Source: Ignicoccus hospitalis KIN4/I
Lineage (GTDB): Archaea > Thermoproteota > Thermoprotei_A > Sulfolobales > Ignicoccaceae
Direction of reading: 5' to 3'
Assembly: GCF_000017945.1 (NCBI RefSeq)
Contig: NC_009776.1
Location: 360,001-392,000 of the forward strand
Length of the DNA stretch: 32,000 nt
The stretch's first letter is position 1, and each line of letters opens with the position of its first letter. Made by a program: the position numbers and the translations under genes. The notes beneath the pieces were generated by a model. The model was not told the origin of the DNA and did not search any database. It saw nothing but the letters and a program-made list of their open reading frames with translations. Below are positions 18,561 to 26,265 of this stretch, one piece after another.

Positions 18561-19294
18561 CCCGCCACCCTTCGGGCTATCCTCTCGGCCGCGCTTAGGT
18601 CCCTTTCCACCACGGTGCCCACCACCACCCCGTCGGCCCCGGCGCGGAGGATCTCGGCCGCCACCTCCTCGTCCTTTATGCCCCCGCCTACTATCAATAT
18701 CACCTCCTCCCCCAACAGCTTCTTGGCCAGCCTCACCGCCTCGGGGGGCACGCTCCTCTTGACCCCGCTCCCCGCCTCTAGGTAAACTACCTTGAAGCCC
18801 AAGTACTTCGCAGCTAGCACGTACATGCTCAAAAGTTCCGGCTTCTCTGGGGGTATTGCCTTTGCCTCCCCCACCCAGCCCGCGGTGCCGCCCTCGCCTA
18901 CGATTATGTAGGCCGTAGGTATGGCCTCCAAGCCGTACCTATACACCAACAAAGAGCCCTCCAACTGGTAGTCTATCAAGTACTTCCGGTTGGTGCTGTT
19001 GAGCAGGCTCATGAAAAGTATGGCGTCCGCCGAAGGGGCGACTTGGCAAGGGCTCCCGGGGAAGACCGTGACGGGCTTGTCGCAGTTCTTCTTCACGAGC
19101 GCGACCGTCTTCTCGGTCTCTATCTGGCCCACTCCGGTGCTCCCGCCCACCAAGAAGGTGGCGGCGTACTCGCACAAGGCCTTAACGGCCCTTTCGTAAT
19201 AGTCCTCCTCGGAGATCACCTTGTCGGGGTCCAGCAGCGGGAGGAGCGCCCTCCCCCTTCTCTTCATCAGCTCGTCGTACGCCCCCATCCTCAC
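18551..19294 (-). CDS. Geranylgeranylglyceryl phosphate synthase
   Basis: LLDPDKVI; FLVGGSTGV; FPGSPCQVAPSADAILFMSLLNSTNRKYLI; YIIVGEGGTAGWVGEAKAIP; YLEAGSGV; VGGGIKDEEVAAEILRAGADGVVVGTVVE. Confidence 0.92.
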   Translation of the reverse strand: MRMGAYDELMKRRGRALLPLLDPDKVISEEDYYERAVKALCEYAATFLVGGSTGVGQIETEKTVALVKKNCDKPVTVFPGSPCQVAPSADAILFMSLLNSTNRKYLIDYQLEGSLLVYRYGLEAIPTAYIIVGEGGTAGWVGEAKAIPPEKPELLSMYVLAAKYLGFKVVYLEAGSGVKRSVPPEAVRLAKKLLGEEVILIVGGGIKDEEVAAEILRAGADGVVVGTVVERDLSAAERIARRVAGWT

Positions 19295-19575
19295 TCCTCT
19301 TCCTCGCCGCCCTCGGGGACCTTTATCTCACCTGCGTAGAACTTGTCTATGAAGCGGCCGTATATGACGGCCCTATCGATTATGGGGCTCTCCACGGGCT
19401 CCTCGTGCACCAGCCCACACTCAGCGCACCTTATTATCGCCTTCATCTCCTTAGTCTTCTTGTTCTGAATTATGTCTATTATTAGGGCGTGGGCCCCGCA
19501 GTTGGGACACTGAAACACCGTGGGCAACGTCGGCCTCCTAACTACGATCTTCTTCCTCCTTCTCCTCCTCCCCAC
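19291..19575 (-). CDS. Elf1-like transcription elongation factor homolog (zinc-ribbon protein)
   Basis: MGRRRRRKK basic start, CPNCGAHALI...IRCAECGLVHEEPV, D...Y.RFIDKFYAG. Confidence 0.8.
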   Translation of the reverse strand: MGRRRRRKKIVVRRPTLPTVFQCPNCGAHALIIDIIQNKKTKEMKAIIRCAECGLVHEEPVESPIIDRAVIYGRFIDKFYAGEIKVPEGGEEEE

Positions 19576-19927
19576 CTAGCTCACCCTCGTACGTCGCCAA
19601 GAGAAGGTTTAAAGTTGCGCTCCTCTCGTGCGTCAGCAAAGAGATCAACAAGGTATCGAAGTCCTCGTCCTCGAGAACCAAGGTGGTGCTCTTAGTAACC
19701 CTCTTCTCCGCGCAGACGTGCTTGCAAGGCTCCAGCTTTCCCAAGTCCAAGTTCCTCAAGAAGGAGGGGCAGGTGCAGAAGTCGTCCGCCACCAAGTAGT
19801 CCCCCGACTCCCCCCGGTAGACCGTTACCTCGGGGAGGTCGCGGTTGACCACCTTGATCACCGGTATCCCTACCTTGGTCTTCTCCTTAGGACAGAGGGA
19901 CTTCAGATTTGAAGCCCTCGGCCTCAA
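19538..19927 (-). CDS. SWIM zinc-finger protein
   Basis: DDFCTCPSFLRNLDLGKLEPCKHVCAEK fits the CxC...CxH SWIM pattern. Confidence 0.7.
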   Translation of the reverse strand: MRPRASNLKSLCPKEKTKVGIPVIKVVNRDLPEVTVYRGESGDYLVADDFCTCPSFLRNLDLGKLEPCKHVCAEKRVTKSTTLVLEDEDFDTLLISLLTHERSATLNLLLATYEGELGGEEEKEEEDRS

Positions 19928-20589
19928 GGGAGCTCCCCCCTCTCGCCGACCACGACCTTGTCGATGAGGTCAGGGCCGAAAAGCCCGGTGACCGCCACCC
20001 CCGGCAAGGCCTCCACCTTTTCTATCACGTTAATTGAGCTCTTGCAGTCCATGTCTATAACTAAGTTGCCGTTGTCCGTGACCACCGGGCCGAGCTTCCC
20101 CTTCGCCTCCCTCAACTTCCACCCCACGCCCAAGAGCTTCAGCCCCCTCGCCACCGCCGGCAAGGAGCTGGGCACCACCTCCGCCGGGACCGGGACCCCT
20201 CGGGAGCACGGGGAGCCCGACACCTTCCCCTCGTCCACGATGTAGATCCTCTTCCTAGAGATGTAAGCGAGGACCTTCTCCCTGAGCATCGCCGCCCCGC
20301 CGCCCTTCACGGCGTACAGAGAGCCGTTCATTGTGAAGACCTCGTCCGCCCCGTCGACGCTGAGCTCCACCTCATCCACGCTCATTAAGTCCAAAACCTT
20401 AAGCCCGTGCTTCTTGAGCTCCAAGGCCGTGTCGTAGCTGGTCGGGACCGTCAAGCCGGAGAAGCCGAACTCCTTGAGGTACTTTATGAACAGCCTCACG
20501 GTAGTCCCGGAGCCTACGCCCAACACCTCCGGGGCCTCCGAGGCGACCAGCTCCGCCGCCCTCCTGGCGACCGCCTCCTTCCCGCTCAA
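19924..20589 (-). CDS. rpiA: Ribose-5-phosphate isomerase A (ORF open to 20799; TTG at 20589 is a likely start)
   Basis: LGVGSGTTV; VPTSYDTALELKKHGLKV; SVDGADEVF; VKGGGAAMLREKVLAYISRKRIYIVDEGKVS; VTDNGNLVIDM; GLFG. Confidence 0.9.
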   Translation of the reverse strand: MSGKEAVARRAAELVASEAPEVLGVGSGTTVRLFIKYLKEFGFSGLTVPTSYDTALELKKHGLKVLDLMSVDEVELSVDGADEVFTMNGSLYAVKGGGAAMLREKVLAYISRKRIYIVDEGKVSGSPCSRGVPVPAEVVPSSLPAVARGLKLLGVGWKLREAKGKLGPVVTDNGNLVIDMDCKSSINVIEKVEALPGVAVTGLFGPDLIDKVVVGERGELP

Positions 20590-20637
20590 GCTCCCGCCTA
20601 AATTACTCCCCCTCCCCCGCTTTTCCGGCGAGCGGGC

Positions 20638-20796
20638 TTGACGAGCTGGTACTTGAGGTGCGAGAACTGCGGGCAGATGTGGCTCTTCTTGGGGAGCTAC
20701 GACTTGGAGAGCGTGGGGAACGGGAGGATCTACCACTACTGTAGGGTCTGCAGGAGGAACACCTTCCACACAGTAGTGAAGAAGATAGAGGTCTAG
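20638..20796 (+). CDS. Small zinc-ribbon protein, 52 aa (not in the ORF track)
   Basis: TTG-start frame: MTSWYLRCENCGQMWLFLGSYDLESVGNGRIYHYCRVCRRNTFHTVVKKIEV; two CxxC knuckles. Confidence 0.6.
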   Translation: MTSWYLRCENCGQMWLFLGSYDLESVGNGRIYHYCRVCRRNTFHTVVKKIEV

Positions 20797-21035
20797 CACC
20801 TCTTAGACTTGACCAAGTGTATCGCTTTAACCAGCGCTTTTAGCTCGTCCACCACCTCTTTGGAGTAGTGCTCCGCGCTCCTGCCGGCCTCCAGCGCCTT
20901 CCCGTAGTACTTCACGAACTGATAGACGACGAAGAGCAAGTACAAGTAAGCTACGACCCCGAGGGCTAGGAAGAAGCCCTCTCGGAAGGCGAGCGCTAGG
21001 AGCAAGAGCGTTACCAGAACGGCTAAGGACTTCAA
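20793..21035 (-). CDS. Small membrane protein, function unknown
   Basis: 80 aa with one or two hydrophobic segments (SLAVLVTLLLLALAF; FFLALGVVAYLYLLFVVYQFV); overlaps the downstream end of the 21032 gene by 4 nt. Confidence 0.55.
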   Translation of the reverse strand: MKSLAVLVTLLLLALAFREGFFLALGVVAYLYLLFVVYQFVKYYGKALEAGRSAEHYSKEVVDELKALVKAIHLVKSKRC

Positions 21036-22750
21036 AACACCACCTCCGTGGTCGCCTCCCCCGGACCCACGTCGCGTACCCTCACCAAGTACCCTTTTTT
21101 AATAACTCCGTAGGAAGGGGAGTAGAAGGCCTCGGTCACTTCGTAGGCCCCGGGGACCTTGATCCTAGCGTTGGGGAGCTCGAGGTAATCCCCCTCTTGT
21201 TCGGGCCTCGAGGGCAAGACCAAGCTCATGCTCCCCTTGAAGTCTACCACGTCCTTAATTACTACTCTGTCCTTCTTAACGTAGACCTCCCTCCTCCACC
21301 CGGGGAACACCTCGACCTTCATGTAGCCGTAGAACTTGCAAGTACAGTTGCAAGAAGCGTCGAAGGTGTCGGGAAAGGTGCAACAGCCCCTCAGAACGTC
21401 GTGGAAGTAGCTGGACCTCATTAAGTCTTTAACCTCCTTCATTCCGGTGTAGGTGAAGGTGCCGGGGTCCAAGACCACCCAGCCCTTCCTCCAAACGGTG
21501 AAGCTCCCCTTGTCGTCGTGGTGGTGCCCGGGAGGGGCGCCCTTGGAGGTGGGAGCGCAAGCCAAGGTGACCAGCAGCTCCCCGTCGTTGTAGGAGTGGA
21601 GCCAAGGCTTGTCGGAGGTCCGGAGGGCCCTCTCTTCCGGGTAAGTTCCCCCCAAAGAGCTCAAGGCCCTCGCCGCTTCCTCCTTTGCGGGCCCCTCGAG
21701 CTTGGGGAAGGACTTCAAGAGGCCAAGCTTCCTCGCGAGGGCGAGGGCAGTTATGGTCGAGGTGTAGTCGAACTCCAAGCTTTCCAAGACCAGCGCCCTG
21801 TCGCTGCCGTTGTCCCCTATCAAGGGGAAGGAGGAGTCCGGCAAGGTCACGCTCGCGAGCAGCTCCGAGGCCTCCGAGAGGGGGCCCTTGACCTCAGGCC
21901 AGACCCTCTCGAAGTAGCTCTCGTCCAGTTCCTTAGCTGCGTAAAGGGTCGCCAGCGCCCCTTCGAGGACCAGCAAGTGGTAGGCGGTGGAGCCCTCGTA
22001 GTCCCAGCCGTCCAGCTGCTTCCTAAGCTCGTAGACCAAGCTCTCCCTCACCTCCCAAGCGGCCCTCGCGAGGGGCCTCCAAGCCCTCCCCAAGGCTAAG
22101 GAGGAGACCGTGAGGCCGTAGAGGTCGCACATGGTGTGGTTGCTGGTATACACCCCCACCTCCACGTTCACCAATATGTAGAGGAGCGCGGCGAGCAGCT
22201 GCTCCACTATTTCAACGGAGTACTGGTTGTTCCCGAAGGAGTAGGTCAAGTTCAGCGCCCTCAAGCCCGCCTCCATTGCGTTCGCCCAGCCGGGGCCGGA
22301 GTAGGGCTTGACCAGCCGGAAGAACTCCCTCGGCGGGGAGACCCCTAAGACCGCCCCCCTGGCGAAGTGATAGGCCCTAGTGAAGAACCAAGGGTACTTG
22401 ACGTCCGCCCCCTTAGTGGGGGCCACGGGGACGGTTAGGTAATGAACCTTGGGGGAGAAGGAGAAGCAAGAGCGGACGTCGAAGAGCTCCGCCCACCGCT
22501 CGTAACAAGGGTACCCGAGGTCGGGGGAGCAAGAGCAGCCCTTGACCCACTTGCCGGCGGCCCTCCAAGCGCCCTCCGAGAGGAGCCTCGCCTCCCCCTC
22601 TCGGCCGCCCGCGGGCTTCAACAGCTTGAAGTTCAGCCTCCGGGATAGGAGGGGAGCGACCTCGCGGACGTCCGGGAGGGCCGCCCGCTCCCACTCGCTG
22701 GGCTTCTTTAAGAGCAACAAGAGGTAGTTCGGCAGCTCAGAGAGCCTCAC
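21032..22750 (-). CDS. Heparinase II/III-like (alginate-lyase-type) protein; ORF open to 23035, GTG at 22750 a plausible start
   Basis: GHHHDDKGSFTVWRKGWVVLDPGTFTYTG matches the H-x-H-D-x-GSF / D-x-G-x-Y-x-Y heparinase II/III signature; preceding helical region (MCDLYGLTVSSLAL, GWDYEGSTAYHLLVLEGAL). Confidence 0.72.
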   Translation of the reverse strand: MRLSELPNYLLLLLKKPSEWERAALPDVREVAPLLSRRLNFKLLKPAGGREGEARLLSEGAWRAAGKWVKGCSCSPDLGYPCYERWAELFDVRSCFSFSPKVHYLTVPVAPTKGADVKYPWFFTRAYHFARGAVLGVSPPREFFRLVKPYSGPGWANAMEAGLRALNLTYSFGNNQYSVEIVEQLLAALLYILVNVEVGVYTSNHTMCDLYGLTVSSLALGRAWRPLARAAWEVRESLVYELRKQLDGWDYEGSTAYHLLVLEGALATLYAAKELDESYFERVWPEVKGPLSEASELLASVTLPDSSFPLIGDNGSDRALVLESLEFDYTSTITALALARKLGLLKSFPKLEGPAKEEAARALSSLGGTYPEERALRTSDKPWLHSYNDGELLVTLACAPTSKGAPPGHHHDDKGSFTVWRKGWVVLDPGTFTYTGMKEVKDLMRSSYFHDVLRGCCTFPDTFDASCNCTCKFYGYMKVEVFPGWRREVYVKKDRVVIKDVVDFKGSMSLVLPSRPEQEGDYLELPNARIKVPGAYEVTEAFYSPSYGVIKKGYLVRVRDVGPGEATTEVVF

Positions 22751-22925
22751 CCTCCCCAGCGCCCCCGCGGGCAAGCGCAAGCTTCCGACCCTTAGGCCCC
22801 CGGGGTCCGGGGGATTTGAGGGCGATGAGGAGGAGCTCCGCGGAACGGAGCGGTGAGGAGGCCGACCTCGCCCGAGCCCCACAAGCTTTTTGGAAGGGCC
22901 TCCGCCAGCCCCCCGGTCGAGGAAG

Positions 22926-23213
22926 ATGAACGTTACAGTGATGACCATGGTAGTTATAATGACGCTCATACTAATCAGCGGGATAGCGTTCTTCCTCTCC
23001 CCGAAGAGGGTCCTCCAAGCCGCCGGCGCCGGCACATTAGCTGGGGGCGTGGGCGGGCTGATCTCGTGGGGGGTGTGCTTGTTGTTAGATCCCCCCAGCG
23101 CGCCCTACTGCGCGATAGCCGGAGGGGCGGCGAGCGCGGTCACCTCGGAAATAACTTTCAGCTTGACCACCTCCTCCGGGCCCGGCGGGCTGGTCATCTC
23201 TTGGGGAGGCTGA
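22926..23213 (+). CDS. Small membrane protein, function unknown
   Basis: MNVTVMTMVVIMTLILISGIAFFLSPKRVLQAAGAGTLAGGVGGLISWGVCLLLD...; hydrophobic segments and Gly-rich glycine-zipper-like stretch. Confidence 0.55.
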   Translation: MNVTVMTMVVIMTLILISGIAFFLSPKRVLQAAGAGTLAGGVGGLISWGVCLLLDPPSAPYCAIAGGAASAVTSEITFSLTTSSGPGGLVISWGG

Positions 23214-23949
23214 GGAGGGCCAAGTACCTATCCACCACCTTTTTGAAGTTATCGAAGCCCTCCCCTAAGGCCTTAACCAAAGCGCTCCCCACCACTACCC
23301 CGTCCGCCCCCGCTCCCACCGCTTGGGGGACCTCCTCTTCCTTCAAGCCGAAGCCCACTACCACGTACTTGTTGGTCAAAGACTTCACCCTCCTCAGCAA
23401 GTTCGGTATCCCTACGGGCAGGGGGATCCCGGTGGCCGGCCTGACGCCTAGGTAAACCACCGGGTCGCTCAGCTCCGCGGCCTTCCTTATCACGTGGTCG
23501 GGGGTGGTGGGGGAGACGAAGAACACCGCGCTCTTGCCGCGCTCCTTCGCCTTACTCGCGATCTCCTCCAAGCGGTCCGCGAAGTCTATGACGGCGTCCG
23601 CGAAGAGCACTCCCCCTCCGCACGCCTTATCCAAGAACTCTTCGTAGTTCTCCTTAACGTCGTCATAATATGTCATCACAATTATTCTTTCTTCCGGGAA
23701 GGCGCGACAAGCCTTGCGCAGCTCCCCCTCGAAGTTGTGTAAGCCCAAGCCCTTGGAGGAGACCGCCTTGTAGCTCCTCCTTATTGTGGGCCCGTCGTAC
23801 TTGGCGAACTTCGGGGGTATGCCTATCTCCACGAGCTCCGCCTTATCCTTCAAGTACTCCAAGGCCTTGAGGAAGGTCCGTTCGTCGGGGTAGTTCAAGG
23901 TTAGGTAGGCCACCAGCCAAGGCCTCTTGGAGGGGTCCACCTTCAACAA
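23194..23949 (-). CDS. trpA: Tryptophan synthase alpha chain (Sulfolobus-like divergent form)
   Basis: ELVEIGIPPKFAKYDGPTIRRSYKA; FFVSPTTPD; YLGVRPATGI; VVVGFGLKEEEVPQAVGAGADGVVVGSALVK. Confidence 0.82.
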   Translation of the reverse strand: MLKVDPSKRPWLVAYLTLNYPDERTFLKALEYLKDKAELVEIGIPPKFAKYDGPTIRRSYKAVSSKGLGLHNFEGELRKACRAFPEERIIVMTYYDDVKENYEEFLDKACGGGVLFADAVIDFADRLEEIASKAKERGKSAVFFVSPTTPDHVIRKAAELSDPVVYLGVRPATGIPLPVGIPNLLRRVKSLTNKYVVVGFGLKEEEVPQAVGAGADGVVVGSALVKALGEGFDNFKKVVDRYLALLSLPKR

Positions 23950-24048
23950 CTCCCCTTCGCCTAGGGCGACCCGAGGAGTCGGACTATCGGCGTTTCCTCA
24001 CCCCCTCGGCTCCTGCCGGAGTCCTCACTTCCGGAAACGAAAAAACGC

Positions 24049-24234
24049 TCAAGGCTTTATGTAGACTATTATTTCTTCCCCGGTGGCCGGGTCCCTCCTC
24101 CGCACGTAACCGCTGTAGGGGCCGGTCCGGGACCACTCCACCAGCTCTGTGAACCTCTTCAAGGGAGGGTACTGAGGGACCATGGTTATTTTGCTCTCGT
24201 CGAAAACGTCTATCTTCCTAATGATATATACCAT
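24049..24234 (-). CDS. Small hypothetical protein
   Basis: 61-aa ORF MVYIIRKIDVFDESKITMVPQYPPLKRFTELVEW...; globular-looking composition only. Confidence 0.4.
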   Translation of the reverse strand: MVYIIRKIDVFDESKITMVPQYPPLKRFTELVEWSRTGPYSGYVRRRDPATGEEIIVYIKP

Positions 24235-24246
24235 GGACTGCCCCCT

Positions 24247-24378
24247 CGTAGAGCTCTTCCCCTTCCCCGGTTAATGCCCTTGCTGAGCGTCCAAAAGCGA
24301 TTTAGCTGTTAGTTGAAAACTCGCTCGGGAACGAGCTCGTGTTGGCGGCCTCCCGGAGCTTCTGGACGTAGAGCTCTT
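24247..24378. repeat. Short repeat-bounded intergenic element: 12-bp direct repeats enclosing an 11-bp imperfect inverted repeat
   Basis: CGTAGAGCTCTT at 24247-24258 and 24367-24378 (offset 120); CGTCCAAAAGC 24288-24298 versus GCTTCTGGACG 24358-24368 (10/11 complementary); ACGAGCTCGT palindrome at 24331-24340. Confidence 0.5.
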
Positions 24379-24409
24379 ATCCCGGTACACGGAGGAAGAG
24401 AGAATAAAA

Positions 24410-24892
24410 ATGTTTAAGGAATTGAGGGATAAGTACTTGGAGTACTTGTCAAACACCACTTTCAGCGGCGTGAGGAACGACGTGGTCCGGTCCTTCGAGT
24501 GGAACTTGTTGGCCCTCGCATACAGCTTGAGGAACTCTGAAAAGTCGGAGGCCAAGGAGATCGTAAAGCAGTACCCCCAGAAGTACTACGACTTGCTCGA
24601 GATATACCACAAGCTGAAAGCGATAGATAGGTTGAGCGAAAGGGAGATAATTGAGAAAATAAAGAGGAAGGAATCGAAAATATACGGGATAGTGGTAGAG
24701 TACTATCCGTACTTGAACCACTTGCTGACCGACGACGGGCTGTGGAGCGACCCGGAGACGGATACCTTGATCTTAACTACGATACGGGGGAAGCTCGACC
24801 ACATCTTGGCGAAGTACGCCATCCAAGAAGGTTGGGACTTGTTGATCTTCGAGCTCGTGAGGGCCTTGAGGGCCCGAAGCCGAGGGAGCTGA
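24410..24892 (+). CDS. Helical hypothetical protein, first ORF of the propeller/kinase island
   Basis: 160-aa ORF MFKELRDKYLEYLSNTTFSGVRNDVVRSFEWNLLALAYSLRN...; followed at -1 by a coiled-coil-like frame. Confidence 0.55.
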   Translation: MFKELRDKYLEYLSNTTFSGVRNDVVRSFEWNLLALAYSLRNSEKSEAKEIVKQYPQKYYDLLEIYHKLKAIDRLSEREIIEKIKRKESKIYGIVVEYYPYLNHLLTDDGLWSDPETDTLILTTIRGKLDHILAKYAIQEGWDLLIFELVRALRARSRGS

Positions 24893-25080
24893 AAGAGAGG
24901 GTCGACCTAACTTCCAAGAGTTTCGCTGAGATCTCGAGGAAGCTCGAAGTACTGAAAAATACAAATGAGGAGTTCGTGAGGTCTTTGCAAGAGCTGAATG
25001 AGGCGGTGGTGGAGCTGGAGGAGAGGTGGAGGGCTAGGAGGTTGGGCGCAGGGTACTCGAGGGCCTTACTTAGGGCCTGA
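24888..25080 (+). CDS. Coiled-coil-like segment in the -1 frame of the preceding ORF; no clear start codon (CTG at 24888 overlaps the upstream TGA)
   Basis: ELKERVDLTSKSFAEISRKLEVLKNTNEEFVRSLQELNEAVVELEERWRARRLG, from ORF 24742..25080; the ORF part upstream of 24888 overlaps the 24410 gene and looks spurious. Confidence 0.35.
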
Positions 25081-25126
25081 GAAAAGCTTAATTTTCTAGT
25101 GAGACGTTCGAATTTGAGGGAATGTC

Positions 25127-25258
25127 TTGGCCTCGTGGCCCTTCGGGAAAAAGAAGAAGGAGCTCGCCTTGGAAGCCCTCAGCCCCTACGGCGCTGAGGG
25201 GCCCGAAGGGCGGTACGAGGACTTGTTCGAGAGGTTAAGGAGGGCCGAGGAGGGTTGA
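25127..25258 (+). CDS. 43-aa small basic/charged ORF immediately preceding propeller 1 (not in the ORF track)
   Basis: TTG-start frame: LASWPFGKKKKELALEALSPYGAEGPEGRYEDLFERLRRAEEG; stop TGA 25256-25258 overlaps the TTG 25255 of the next ORF (TTGA). Confidence 0.4.
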   Translation: MASWPFGKKKKELALEALSPYGAEGPEGRYEDLFERLRRAEEG

Positions 25259-26265
25259 AGCTCGAGCTGTTGTGGACATTCGATCAGCCTAGCAATGGTA
25301 TTAAAGACATGGCCTTCTCGCCCAACGGCAACTTGGGAATAGCCTCCAAAGACCGCTGCGCCTACATCCTCGATCCCAACGGGAACTTGTTGGGGAAGGA
25401 GTGCGGAGGAGGCATTATGGCTGGGGCCGGCTACTCCAACAGAGTGTTCGGCTTCGTTAATACCGATGACTACGTCTACCTCTTCTACGAGGACGGGACC
25501 TTCTGGAAGAAGATAGAGGTTGGAGACAGTCACGATTTAGCAATTGCCCTCTTCGATAACGGCTTCGTGGCTTGTGATGACTATTGCGCCAAGTACGACT
25601 TCAACGGGAACAAGCTATGGGACACTGAGGTTGACGGTGTTGCAGACGTTGTAGTTCACAAGGGCTACGTTTACGCGGCTAACTGGTGGAGCAACAAGCT
25701 CCAAATACTGGACTTGAATACTGGCAGAACAATCAATGAGATAAGCTATGATTACTATTCTGACGACTACTGTTCCGACAGCGTCAACGCTTGTGGAAAT
25801 TACCTAGCAGTAATCGCCGGGGAGCTTTACGTTTACGACATTTCGGATCCGACAAGTCCGAAGCTTCTGTGGAAGAGCAATGGACTGGACGTTCATGGGA
25901 AGCACACCCCGGCCTTCTCTCCGGACTGCAAGTACATAGCAGTTGCAGACAACTATTGGGACGACGAACCGGATGGAAATAACATGCTCAAGATATTCGA
26001 CATAAACGGAAATTTAGTCTACTCTAAGGAGATGTACGGAATTTGGAACGTAGCTTGGTGGAAGGACAGGTTGGCGGTTGGGTACGTGCTCTACGATGGA
26101 CTAATCTATGACGGTGAGGTCGAGATGTACAAAATAATTGGTTACGAACCTCCCCCCGAACCTTCGAGCGCCTCGGAGCCCCTTCCGAACCTCACCGAGG
26201 CCATACCCTGCGGGAGCTCGAGCTCAAGCCCCTCTGGGCCTTCGAGGAGGCAGAAGGAAGGGTGA
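25255..26265 (+). CDS. Beta-propeller-like protein (propeller 1) with conserved cysteines
   Basis: 336-aa ORF; blade-like repeats LLWTFDQPSNGIKDMAFSPNGNLGIAS, YDFNGNKLWDTEVDGVADVVVHKGYVYAA, AFSPDCKYIAVADNYW, KIFDINGNLVYSKEMYG; Pro/Ser-rich tail. Confidence 0.7.
   Translation: MKLELLWTFDQPSNGIKDMAFSPNGNLGIASKDRCAYILDPNGNLLGKECGGGIMAGAGYSNRVFGFVNTDDYVYLFYEDGTFWKKIEVGDSHDLAIALFDNGFVACDDYCAKYDFNGNKLWDTEVDGVADVVVHKGYVYAANWWSNKLQILDLNTGRTINEISYDYYSDDYCSDSVNACGNYLAVIAGELYVYDISDPTSPKLLWKSNGLDVHGKHTPAFSPDCKYIAVADNYWDDEPDGNNMLKIFDINGNLVYSKEMYGIWNVAWWKDRLAVGYVLYDGLIYDGEVEMYKIIGYEPPPEPSSASEPLPNLTEAIPCGSSSSSPSGPSRRQKEG

Noticed and set aside
23950-24045. Possible structured RNA upstream of trpA (several short inverted repeats such as GGCTCCTGCCGGAG)
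   Set aside because: Stems are short and competing in a GC-rich context, and no recognised RNA family core was found; not strong enough to call.
24271-24555. 94-aa minus-strand ORF
   Set aside because: Antisense to the 24410 plus-strand ORF, Ser/Lys-rich with shadow-ORF character, and it crosses the repeat-bounded intergenic element.
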